DNA of 63,334 bases, filler included, from Vannella sp. (taxonomy: Eukaryota), in assembly GCA_023345925.1 (NCBI GenBank). It is 7 parts of 7 records of this genome, joined end to end, with 100 filler letters (N's around TTAATTAATTAA, not from the genome) between each part and the next. Parts side by side here need not be neighbours in the genome. Positions count along the whole stretch, not along the records: positions 7,532 to 26,814 come from JAJQQN010000153.1; positions 26,915 to 31,546 come from JAJQQN010000227.1; positions 31,647 to 37,013 come from JAJQQN010000137.1; 4 more parts are not named here. One strand, 5' to 3'. Under the pieces are notes generated by a model that saw only the letters and a list, made by a program, of their open reading frames with translations, ran no database searches and had not been told where the DNA came from. Of this stretch, positions 23,771 to 35,201 are shown piece by piece (the first letter of the stretch is position 1; the number at the start of each line of letters is the position of its first letter). The position numbers and the translations under genes are program-made.

Positions 23771-24894
23771 TCAGTCCTGAAGCACAGACATACGATAAGT
23801 CCAATACTTTGCTCTAATGACATCAGTTTTGATGAGCTGCTCGAGAATCTTCTCAAAATGGTGAGCAAAATGTAATTCCCTCTGAATTGACTTTCCCACC
23901 TTCTTGGCCTGAGCAGACTGGTTTTCTTCTGTGTAAATCGACACGAGAAGAGACTGTGCATGAGAGCAGAAAGGGAAGGAGACCAAGAACTCCTCGCAAG
24001 TCTCCTTCAGCACGGGAAAGTCCGAATAGCGGCACCCTTTCACCATTCTACCAGGCAGGTCAGCCATGTAGAACGTAGATAACTCACACTTACCCTTGGA
24101 TGTAGTTCCAAGGGGACTGGTTGTTGGGAGCCTTGCGAATCCACCCAAGAGCGAAGGAGATCTCACGAAGGCGAGTCTCCTGGTCCATTCCCGTGGTCGA
24201 ACTTACCACAAAGAAGCGGTGGTTCCATGCAGAGTTGTTACGGAGGTCTTCTGAGAGCTTGCCTTCAACAAAGGCCAGCTCTGGTTCCCACAAACCGAAG
24301 GTTTTGATCGCCCATTGGCGGTGCGCCCACGCGTGATAGTTCTTTGAGTCCTCATCAAGCTCAAGGATATGTGCAGTAAAGGCTTGCTCCTCTGAGCCGT
24401 CCTGGAGCATCTCTACCAAGCAGCGTCGATGATGCCTTCTCTCCCATTAGCTCTCAGAAGGGCTGGCGAAGGTGTTAGGCGTACCAGACTTGGTAGTTCT
24501 TTGGGCTATCTTCTGCTGTCTCACTTGTGAACCGCATCTCCTCTCGAAGGTCCTTCTTGAGGTCCACAAGAAGCAAACGCCGGTAATACCTTGCCAGGGA
24601 GTCAGTAGCGCTCCTGTGAAGGACAGGAGGTAGTACCAAGCAGTATAGTTTGCTGGGTTCTGGTCAATCACATCCTCAGTGAGCGCCCAGGCCCTTTCAG
24701 AGCGTTCATCAAGCTGCAAAAGCGCCCGAAAGTAGTTCATCGTCTCCCTGACTTACGGGGGCCTTAGGAGAGCCCTCCAAGTACAAGTTCTACTTACACT
24801 GATCAGTATAGGCAATAGGAACAATCGGACACGGTCCTTCCTCCGACTCCACGGGGACAACATCCGCCCACTCTTCGCTCCCTGCGTATCCCAT
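23771..24894 (-). CDS. FNTA: Protein farnesyltransferase/geranylgeranyltransferase-I alpha subunit (spliced)
   Basis: PIAYTDQFRETMNYFRA, PFTA repeats NPANYTAWYYRR, PKNYQVWHHRR, SKNYHAWAHRQW, RNNSAWNHRFF and PNNQSPWNY. Confidence 0.93.
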
Positions 24895-24904
24895 TCACCA
24901 GAGA

Positions 24905-25469
24905 ATGACCCTAAACGAGTGCAACTCATCATCTACCCCAAGCCAGGTCAAGCGCATTGGTGTGAGCGCAGAAGGTTGCTTTGGATGTCGAGAGGCATTA
25001 CCTGATGGCTTTGGGGGACCACACGCTCCTTCTTTCGTGTGACGGGAGTCTTTGGACTTTCGGCTGCAACTCTCAAGGTCAGCTTGGTCTTGGTCATAAG
25101 GCTAACCTCGCCAGCCCAGCAAAGGTACCTGGGAGAGGTCCTCGCCCTGTTCAAGTGGACTGGGGAGATGAGCACTCCCTCGATGAGGAAGGTGGTGTGT
25201 GGGAAGCTGGATTGGCTCGTCTCTCATCTCCCTCTCTTACCTTCGAGCGAGTCCCCGGGCTCCCTCTGATCTCCCGAATCGCCGCGGGAGTCTCACACAG
25301 CTCAGCGTTGGACGTCAGCGGATGCCTTTGGGTGTGGACACGATCAAGTTCTTGGGCAATTGGGCCTAGGCCATACTTCTATGGTTCAACAACCGACTCC
25401 TGTGGAAGGTCGTTCTATTGGATCTCTTCGAGACTTGGCTGCATTGGCCGAAGGAGTTCTCCTTATTGA
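24905..25469 (+). pseudogene. Truncated or degenerate RCC1-repeat gene, paralog of 32120-33223
   Basis: HTLLLSCDGSLWTFGCNSQGQLGLGH and IAAGVSHSSALD. HSLDEEGGVWEAG lacks two residues relative to the paralog's HSLVLDEEGGVWEAG, and similarity stops after about 3 repeats. Confidence 0.65.
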
Positions 25470-26587
25470 CAGGGACTATATCAACAGCATTCTGGATCAA
25501 GCAACAACAGTGGAGAAGAAGTGGATCAGGCTCTTGTCGTTTTGCGAATTTTTGGCTTTGGAGATTTTATCCAATCTCGCTGGATACCTTTAGAGGACAG
25601 CAGTTGTGTTTGGAGTCTTTTCAGGAAAGATGCCACTTTCGTAAAGGGGGCCACCAAGTTGATGGCTCCCTTAGTGCTCCTTGAAACGGACGAGTTTGAG
25701 TACACCTCAACTCCTAGTGTCTCACAAACCCGGACAGTATTTTATGGAGATAGTCCAATCTGCTTTGGCTATTCAGACAAATGCTGAGGGCACAATGGAC
25801 ATCATGTGGGCTTCCTTTGAGAGGGTTCGTGAAGATCTGCTTTCTCCTTTTCGGATAAAGGGTGACGAGGCCCATCACTTCAAGATATTGGAATGCAGAT
25901 GTTTGCGGGAACTGTCTCGTAATGAGAGAACCCATGAGCCTGGGCGACTGATCGTGCATTGGACGCAGAAAGTTGAAAACCTTAAAACATATAAATATCC
26001 GATTCCACCCACTCAGCATCGATTTTGGGCCCTTTTGCGAAGGTCCTGATTGCGCAGGTGGTCGCCTTGCCTCGTGGATTTTCTCAAAGCAAAAACATCG
26101 AAGTTTCGAGAGGCTCGAGTGAAAGGCATCAATGCTCTCAAGGAATTTGGCAAGAGAGTAGACCGAACGATTCTGAACGACAACGCAATAATCATGCTTT
26201 CGCGTGAATTCAAATTGGAGAGACCTGACCAGTCCCTTATTGATGAAGCCTACCAATTGTGTGTTGATCATCGGTCCCGAGTTGAGAGAGATGATCTGAT
26301 GCGATTGAATCAGATCATCAGATAGCAGAAGGAATGTTTTCAGGCACCAAATACGAGTCCATTTGGCGACAATTTGCAAACCCCACTCAGATTGACTGAA
26401 TGACTTGTTGAACATCAAACCTCCGAAGTACTGGGTTGTCTATTCTGTGTTTTCCTCTCCTTTGCATCAAAGACTTTTGAATAAAAGCCTTTGCAACTTA
26501 CTTTCTTCCTGATCGTGGTTGAAACAAGTGGTCTCGAAGGAACCTTTTGTGAAAACTGTTCACTTCTTCAGAACTCTCTCCGCGGGC

Positions 26588-26814
26588 GTGAGAGAATTCA
26601 CCACCCAGCTCAACCACGTCCCCTAGCCACGGTTGAAAAGTGCCTCTAAATTCGATCTGGACCTTTACCAATGAACTTTTTATTTGTTTTGGTCGAGGTA
26701 CTTTTTCGGTTCATTTGACCATCCTCTCAAGGGAAGGAAAAGTGGCCCTCTTAAAAACATATAAAATCGGCATTCGCATTGGTACCAGTCGAATTTAGAA
26801 GCACTTTTCAACGG
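26588..26814. mobile_element. Foldback/MITE-like palindromic repeat, truncated by the gap
   Basis: Imperfect ~80-nt inverted arms (26630-26712 vs 26731-26814), four alternating AAAAGTGCCTC-like motifs, and a second copy at 1-118. Confidence 0.6.
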
Positions 26815-26914
26815 NNNNNNNNNNNNNNNNNNNNNNNNNNNNNNNNNNNNNNNNNNNNTTAATTAATTAANNNNNNNNNNNNNNNNNNNNNNNNNNNNNN
26901 NNNNNNNNNNNNNN
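26815..26914. other. Artificial contig linker
   Basis: N44-TTAATTAATTAA-N44. Confidence 0.98.
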
Positions 26915-27200
26915 GAGGGCCTGCTTACATATCAGTGAGAGCGGTAAGATTCAGATCCGGGAGAGAGCCAGTCAAGTTGTTGCTTCCAAGATTGAGAGAA
27001 AGGACGTTCTCTTTGGAAGCATCACATACGACACCGAACCAATTAGAATCGCAGGGATCCGCTGAGATGTTCCACTTGTTGGTCCAGAAGGGGCCTCCAG
27101 TGGCATCGTACAGGCTGACGAGAGCTTCTTTCTGGGCTGGGATAAGGGAACCATCCACCAAGAGAAGCAAGACTGTCACGTAGAGCAACGCAAGCTTCAT
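26915..27200 (-). CDS. Secreted or receptor-like LRR protein, 5' part (LRRNT cap); truncated by the gap
   Basis: Signal peptide, then QKEALVSLYDATGGPFW...DPCDSNWFGVVC...LNLGSNNLTGSLP, followed by a GTAAGC donor. Confidence 0.85.
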
Positions 27201-28245
27201 GGCCAAGAAAAAGAGGAAGCAAACCAGCGAAGTTTGGGAAGACTTTCGTCAAATCTTCCCAAGAAGGTTATTGTTCTTCTCAAGTTGGGATTTGATTTTC
27301 TAAAGATGGATTAGAAATCTCTTTGTGAAAACGTGACATGTTGCCTGGCAGTTTGGTGAAAGTTATCGAGAATAAAGGAAAGCGGGTCATTATAATAACT
27401 TGCAACCTAATTGGAGCACGACCCACATTTTCAAACGAAATTTGAGAGGGGTCTCAGGAGGCCTCTGTGTCGAGGCAACCTAAAGCTGCGCCACGTCCGT
27501 CTACCAAGGCTGAAGGAGTGGGAAAGGTTGACTGGTACATTGGGCACTGGTGTTCGATGAGCCGCCACCTAGAACCACGTTCATTCAACTGAAGGTTATA
27601 CCAACATGCTGCGAAACACGCTGTGGAAGCTTACTGGAATCCTGAGGACGACCTGGAGAAGGAACACACCCAAAGACTAGCTGATATCAGTCACCGTTCG
27701 TTGTCTCCCTTCGTCTGTTTGATGAATGGATGCTTCCTTCTGTTCTCAACACACGCTGAGGCGTCTGAACACCACCATTTGTGTATGTCAAAGGCTAAAG
27801 GGCTCAGGAGAGCTCCTCAACAGTGTTCAACACAACACGCCTTGGACGAAGAGATCAAGAAGGCCACTCAGCATTGTATGAACAATAGGAGCAACAATGG
27901 CGTTCTAATATCCGACACACCCTCTGATGCAGAAGAGTCATGAACTCGCTTAAAAACTCAAAGATCTCTTGTTAGGTATGATGAATGGTGCTCATCATCC
28001 GGGAAGGATTCACCAAATATGATTTTCTGATCCCGATAACTTGGCAGGACGACTCCTCAAAGTGCATCTGAAACATGTCCAATGGTTCGGGAAAGAGCTG
28101 CTCTTTGTGAGTAAAAGATTTGGCAAGCCCCTAAGCTTGGAGTCCCGACTATTAGCTACTAGCAGAAGCTCCGAATCGTCAGTGCTTCTGAGGAACAAAA
28201 GAAGAAGTTTTGCGAAAAGGTGTATGAAGGGCAGGGGAGGGAGAA

Positions 28246-31200
28246 TTAGAAAGACTGTTGGTCAGGCAGAAGGAGAGACATGGCCATCTCCCTTTCAACT
28301 TCCTTCTTCCACGTGCAGAAGAGGCAAGGGAGAATAACACCCACCACCACAATGATAGTTACCAACCCAATCCATTTCCATTCAGTTCCAGAGATGAGAG
28401 CTACGAACAGGTGAGGGACAAAGTAATCTTACAACGAGGCTACTTACGAGAACGACCATCAATTTGTGTGATGTTGACTCCACGAGTATTACTCGCGGAT
28501 CCAAACAGGAAATCGGTGTGCGAGACAGAGGGAGTGGGAGTTTCACTCTCTCCCATGAAGCCTAGAGAAACCGATACTGATGCAGAGGTGGAGGGCGTGA
28601 AGGATGCAGGAGCAGTGAAGTATGAGAGCGAAGGTGTTTCGGATTGCGTATTAGATTGGGGAGCAGCTGTGGACTCCACAGGAAGGATAGAGGCAGAGGC
28701 AGACACAACAATTACCGAAGGCGCCGCAGAGGGTAAAATAATCGGAGAAGGAGGAGAAGCTTTCGCGCTGTTGTACAGTGAAAGGCCTGAAGCGGATTGC
28801 AAACTCAAGTCTGACACATCTCCAGCAATCGAGCTGAAGAGAATCTTCTGAGCAACCGTATCAACCCAGAAGAACTGAGCAACCGTGGATTGGGTGTTGG
28901 CTATCAGATCAGAGAAGGAACCAGTTCCTGACAAAAGAGTTGCCAAGTTAAGGAGTTCAGAGGATTCGGCATTAGCTCGTAGGATTGTGTGGCGGAACGG
29001 AATCGTCCATGCAAGGAAGTTCCGGGGACCAGCCGCGAGATCACTGAAGGGGAAGAAACCGTGGTCCTGAAGAGTGACTGGTGCTTTACTCTGACTCACT
29101 TGCACAATCCCACCACAACCAAACTGTTCGTACAAAGCATCTGTACTGGCCGCCAAGGATTGCCATTCTCCGCAAGAACGTGGTACCGCATTAACCAGAA
29201 TGCTGCTCTGGCATGTAGTGCACCCTGCATCGCATTTGAAGACCTTTCCACTCTTAATGTCTGACCAGAAAAGCGTTGTTCCGTTGACTTCAATAGCGCC
29301 AACAGTCAAATCTGTTCCATTAACACACATCTGGACTGGGAGGGCCGTGCGCGTGTCATATTGGACAACAGACCCAGACACAATAACGTACAAAACTGAG
29401 TCATTCTTTGACAGAGCCAAGCCTCCGACTCGGCCGGTAACCGAAGTCCAAGGAATGTTAGTCTTAGTGGTGACATTGTACCGATAGATTTGGGAAGGCG
29501 AAGAGGTGCAGGCCCAGAAGAGGGCCGTTCCGTTCTTATCACCAACCAAGTACCCATTGAGAGTAGTATTTGTCTCCGCACTGACAAGAGTATTGTAGCT
29601 GGATAGGGTTGAGGGACAGTTGGAGAGTTTGCAAGAAGCCAATTCGATGTCAGAGCCTTGGATGTCCAAGAAATACAAGACATCTGAGGTAGGATACACC
29701 ATGATTGCATAGGGAGTGATGGTCGGGACATAGTCGACTAGAGGACCGGTTTCATCGCCAGCAACCGAGAAAACTCCATCAATCGTACCGTAAAAGACGG
29801 TTCCCTCGGCATCAAGTGCAACAGAAGTGACAGTTGACTCAATGTCAGTCTTAAGCACCACTAGAGGGGAGCAGCCAACCTGGCTGAGCACGCAGGATTG
29901 AATAGAGTAGCCTCCCACTGAGGCAGAAGCAAAGTAGAGCCTACCGTTAGCAGCAGTGATAGCAGTAACATCCAAGTCGAGAACTAGAGGCTGTTCAATT
30001 GAGCTGGGATTGACTACAATCACCTTTCCAGTGTCCTTCGATGCAATGACGACCAATCCAGTCAACTCATCTCCAGTGAGCATGTCCACCGTATCTGGAT
30101 ATGCAACGCTGAAGAATGAAGACCACTGGGGCTCGCTTCTAATAGTCCAGGCGTCCACCCGGTTGAAGCCAGAGTAGTACAATGTGGCACGAGTGCTGTC
30201 TACCCACACCTTCGTGTTCGCTCCAACGCCACTGACAATGAAACCAGGCTGATAGTCCTTATCCGCGTCAATAGAAAGGACCCCGGACATGGAAGAGCCC
30301 ACAACGAAGAAGAGATTCGCCTCCGGATCATAATCTGTCCCCTCAGTCAGTGCCAAAGCCTCAATAGGAAGCGCAAGCACGCACCAAAGTCCGTTAGATC
30401 TCCACCGTTAGGAACAGAGAACGCGAGCTTGCTTCCAGCACAGTTCCCATCAGCGCAGCTAAAACGAGTCAGTTTCGAGTGTCTCTTCCCGTCCAAGGGC
30501 CCCAACTCACAAGTAGAAGTTGCCCTCTGTATCTCTCACCCAGAGGTCGACGTTGGAGTCGCGTTCGACCGTCAACACCTGGGAAGGAGCAAAGCTAGAG
30601 CTGATCACAACCTGCGTCTTCTTCTCGATGTCGAATCGGACGATCTTGGACGTTGAACCTGAACGAAGGACGTAGTATAAAGATCCCTTGGCGTACTGCA
30701 GGCTGTGAATGGCCTGAGTGTCATTGCGAAGAGCACGCCCAATAGGACGGAAGCTTGATCCGTCGTAGGAAACAGCAAACAGTCCACCAAGAGAACGAGC
30801 GTTGTTTGAGAGCTTCCCGTTCGAAGCAAAGAACAGAGTCTTCGTCTGAGGATCAAGAGCCAGCGAGGTCGGGACTTCAGAAGAGTTTGACAGCATGTAG
30901 ACTGGGGAGGGGGCCCCACCACCTTCATCTAGTCGTTGAATCACAGGGAAGGGACGTCCGAAAGGTGCTCTGCGCCTGGAGGTAGCTGCATCTTCGTAAA
31001 GGAAGAACAGTTGGTTGCTGATGGGGTCGAGAGCCATGTCTGTTATCACCGAGGCCTTGGGTGTGGTTGCAGTAGACGAGAAAATAGGCTCTGCAGGGCT
31101 CTCTCCTGAGCTATCGACCGCAGAGATCCAAGGACCATAAACAGGAGGACTGCAAACGCGTATTAGTCAACCACCGTGTGTCTTCAAACACGAAGGAGTC

Positions 31201-31429
31201 TCCCTTACGCTACATTGGCGAAAAGGACCTTTCCACCGGGTGCACGAGACACAGCTGTGGGGTTGGAGACAAAGGTATCCGCAAACTGCTCTTGCTCTCC
31301 GTCCCCGTTCGTCGAGATGAACTGGAAAGCGCCGGTCGTGGGGTTCCCATAGAACAGACCATTCGTTCCTCTTACTCCCAATGCAATCGATACGCACAGT
31401 ACCGCCACAAGCAGAGCACGGCAGAGCAT
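28246..31429 (-). CDS. Type I membrane protein with beta-propeller (YWTD/SMP-30-like) ectodomain and Ser/Thr stalk (4 introns)
   Basis: Signal peptide MLCRALLVAVLCVSIALG, repeated xLALDP...LF[FY] and LFW[ST]D blades, S/T/P stalk, and a last exon encoding TM WIGLVTIIVVVGVILPCLFC with a short tail ending DQQSF*. Confidence 0.75.
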
Positions 31430-31546
31430 GTCCTGAACCACCAAGAGGGAGGCAAGTGGCTCCGTCATAAAATTTTCCAGAATCGCTCTCTCTGGGTGTA
31501 TTTTCATGCTGTCACATGAAATTAAGAAGACAAAATTGGCTGTCAC

Positions 31547-31646
31547 NNNNNNNNNNNNNNNNNNNNNNNNNNNNNNNNNNNNNNNNNNNNTTAATTAATT
31601 AANNNNNNNNNNNNNNNNNNNNNNNNNNNNNNNNNNNNNNNNNNNN
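31547..31646. other. Artificial contig linker
   Basis: N44-TTAATTAATTAA-N44. Confidence 0.98.
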
Positions 31647-32119
31647 TGTTGAAGCCAGGAATAATTGTGGGCTTCCTTTGGAGTGGTTAAACCTAAGTAA
31701 TGGTAGCGGCTGTCCTGCCCATCTGCAATGTACTTGGGTCGTGATTTGAACATCCTCAGAATAACACTTCAAATGATGAGAGCAGCAAGTGGCTCGCCTG
31801 GAGAAGGCAAGAAAGAAAGGACTCGGAATTGATTCGTTCCTTTTTTCTGTGAGATAAAAACTGTTTCCATTTCTTTCTTTTCTTCAAGAAATGAGAAACA
31901 GATTAAGACTGTGAAACTCTACTAAGCACCTTCGCAATATTCCAGAACCTCAAACTTCGGAGGTTACTTTTAAGTAATACTAGCCGGCTGCACAGGAAGT
32001 GGTCCAAGCGTGCTATCGCTGATCTTCATCTTTCTAATTGTTTGCCAACAATTAGGGCCGCCGAAAAGCAGTCACTTACGATGATCATGACTGATTGGAA
32101 GTCACGCAGGACGCTGAAT

Positions 32120-33223
32120 TTAGTTTCTTAATCTCCCAATGTCTGGAGGAGAACTACCAAGGTAGTTGGTGCTGTCTTGTGAACGGGCGCTTTTCAATCT
32201 TTTGAGCGTTGGAGGGAGAGGGAGAGCGGGACTTATAGGGGCTGGAGTGGGCCCATATTGGTTGTTGAAGTGGCCGAGACCTAATTGTCCGGACGAGTTG
32301 TCTCCGAAAACCAGAAGGCCGCCTTCGTTCAGAAACGCTAAAGAATGGGAAGCGCCTGCCACCAAAGCAGCAACTCCATGCAAAACAAGGGTGTGGGACA
32401 TAGCATTCGTGCGTGTGCCTAATTGTCCGTATTTTCCTCTGCCCCAGGCCCAAGCACCACCGTTTTCGTCGAGACAGAGACCATGAAGGCTTCCACACGA
32501 TGCTGCGATCATTGGAGGGATACCTTGTACGTGCTGAAATGTTGTGTTACTCCCACCGCGTCCAATCTGTCCGGAAGTGTTCGATCCAGCCGTAAACACG
32601 GTTCCTTGAGAGTCAATTATCACTATTCCATCCAAGAACGCTGCCAAGCATCTTGCAGGGCCAATGAAGAGCTCTTCCATGTCAACCTGTGTGGGTTGCT
32701 GCACGCGTATGATGTGCCCAAGGCCCAATTGTCCATCAGGGTTGTCCCCTAACACCCAAAAACCTCCTTCTTGGGCCTCTGCCAGGAGGAAGTTGCGACC
32801 GCATACTACTTTTTGAACCGGAGGAAGCCCTTCTACACGCGTTAGAGTGCAACTTGCCCACTGGAGATCGGTTTGAGCGTTTGTCCAAACCCAAAGAGCG
32901 CCATTGATGTCGACTGCAGCGCTATGACAGTAGCCGGCAGCCACCCGAGAGACAGGAGGTAGGTCTGTTACTAACTGGAATGTGGTAGGATAAGGAGCGG
33001 CCCTTGACCGACCAGCCTCCCAAACGCCGCCTTCTTCATCAAGCACAAGAGAGTGAACCAATCCTCCGTCCACCTGGACCGGCTTCGGTCCATTCCAGGA
33101 GACCTTAGTAGGCACACACACTTTATCCTTACTACCAACACCCAGCTGACCAAAGGAGTTCGCCCCAAACGCCCAAAGTTCCCCTTCAAGGTCGAGCAGA
33201 AGCGTGTGATTGCCAAAAGGCAT
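32120..33223 (-). CDS. RCC1/BLIP-II repeat beta-propeller protein
   Basis: About seven repeats such as FGANSFGQLG, GDNPDGQLGLG, WGRGKYGQLG and FGDNSSGQLGLG. Start codon uncertain. Confidence 0.88.
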   Translation of the reverse strand: MPFGNHTLLLDLEGELWAFGANSFGQLGVGSKDKVCVPTKVSWNGPKPVQVDGGLVHSLVLDEEGGVWEAGRSRAAPYPTTFQLVTDLPPVSRVAAGYCHSAAVDINGALWVWTNAQTDLQWASCTLTRVEGLPPVQKVVCGRNFLLAEAQEGGFWVLGDNPDGQLGLGHIIRVQQPTQVDMEELFIGPARCLAAFLDGIVIIDSQGTVFTAGSNTSGQIGRGGSNTTFQHVQGIPPMIAASCGSLHGLCLDENGGAWAWGRGKYGQLGTRTNAMSHTLVLHGVAALVAGASHSLAFLNEGGLLVFGDNSSGQLGLGHFNNQYGPTPAPISPALPLPPTLKRLKSARSQDSTNYLGSSPPDIGRLRN

Positions 33224-33314
33224 CGAAAGAATGAGTTTTGGACCTCCTAACTGCAACCAATGGTGTTAGAGCTTCTACTGTCACTCATAGAGCGATGAAA
33301 GACTCACTTTGGGG

Positions 33315-34917
33315 ATGGCTGGGGCGAAGAGGCGCGCTCGATGGCCCACGATGCGAGCTGTGTCTCTGTTGGGGGTTGTAGCAACGCTGATCCTTGTTAG
33401 TTTGTTAGTTCTGTCGAGCAGTGAGCTACCATTGGAGGAGTACGCGATCTTGATCGACTTTGGGAGTGCGGGTGCGTGAAGGATGGATTTGGGGCTGGGC
33501 TTACGTGTTCAGGGAGCCGCGTGTACATCTTTAGTGTGTTATACTCTGATGGAGCGACCACAGTCACTCCCCTATCAACGAACGGCTCTCCTTTCTACAG
33601 GACAACGAAACCAGGTCAGGTCTTTGCTTGTCTGACCTGAACTGTCCTGATCGGGCCTCAGGAACAAGCTCCTTCTTCCCCAACACACAAAAAGGAGCCC
33701 AGAGTATCATGCCAATGATCAACGAAGCTGTTGAGACAGTGATCCAGGAGCGTGGCCCTCTGGCCTTGGAAAGGACCAAGGTTATTGGCTATGCCACAGC
33801 CGGATTGCGTCTATTAGCAGAGCAAAACCAACAAGAACTTGATGATGATGACGAGAGTGATAACAACGACTTGATTGAAGAGGATGACGAGGATATGGAG
33901 AGTCTCTCGGTCCCACATTATCTCCTTTCCCTTCGTTCAGTGATCCAAAAGCGTCATCCCTCGCTTAGCTATCCCAGAAACTTTATGCGCATCCTTTCAG
34001 GTGCGGAGGAGGGCTTGTTTGGATGGATATCCCTCCAACAGTTGTCCCAGCAAGGATTCCACACATTTGATAATCAAAGCGGGGGAATGGGCAATATTCT
34101 GTCTCCCCCAGGGAGTGTAATCATTGCCCCTCATCAAATCGGAGTGATTGATATGGGAGGAGCGAGTACGCAAGTGACTTATGCTCTTCATTCGACGAAG
34201 GAGGATGCAAAAAAGGTGAAAACAGAGTCCCTTTGCCATGGAGAATGCTCTATTGTCAAAGCAAATGGCGATTCACATCTTGTCTATCGACATAGCTACC
34301 TTGGATACGGTATTTATCAATCCAGATACCGCACCATTGATTCTTTGGTTGCACAAGCACCGGCTGGACTATTTGTAACTGAGCACCCTTGTCTCTTACG
34401 AGGAGATGTTGCGCCACACCACAACGTGGCAATGTCCCAGTGGGTATTCCATGGAACATCAAAGTGGAGCGATTGCGTCGCCCTCATCGAATCTCTGTTT
34501 GAAAAGGAGAAAAAGGAACTTTGCATTCATCCTCCTTGCTCATTCAAAGGAGTCCATATGCCTCCTGTTCCTTCAGGAGGTCAAATCATTGCATTTGATT
34601 ATGCCACTGTGATTGCAAGTCACTTTGGCTGCAAGGGGCGTGCTACTCTCAGCCAAATGGCCGACCGAGTAGAGCAGTATTGTTCAATGAGTGTTGCTGA
34701 GGTGAATGAATATCGCCGCCTCCATCCCTCTTGGATACCTCTTACCGAAGAACGAATGCTTTGGCAGTGTTTCGAAGGCGCCTACATGGTAACTCTGCTT
34801 CGCTTGGGATACTCTTTCCATGACAATCAGCCCCATCTCGTCTTCACCCGCGATTTGGCCGGAGAAACCCTCTCGTGGGCTCTCGGAGCTGTCTCCAACG
34901 CTGCTGACTCTTGGTAG
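33315..34917 (+). CDS. GDA1/CD39-family NTPDase (apyrase) with N-terminal TM anchor; 2 introns
   Basis: All five apyrase conserved regions: IDFGSAGSRVY (spliced), ATAGLRLL, ILSGAEEGLFGW, DMGGASTQ and SWALG. Confidence 0.92.
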
Positions 34918-35201
34918 ACCCCAACACAACCCAAGAGAATCCAAAACGCAAGTGAAGTCAAGGTCCCACTCTACCAGCACCTGCAGGAAAGGCCCCAAAG
35001 TCCTTCTGATAGGCAGAATGAATAAATCATATGTTTTGGGGTCACAACTCTCCCTATGAGGACCATGCACGGGAATCTCAAGGCAGTTGACGGGCACATC
35101 CTTGGAGGTCAAAAAGTGAAAAAGTGGAATTATGTAAAAATCACTTTGGAAGTGGTGCTGGTCGAATTGGAGGCCTTTTTTTGCTCTTTTGCTGTTGGCT
35201 G

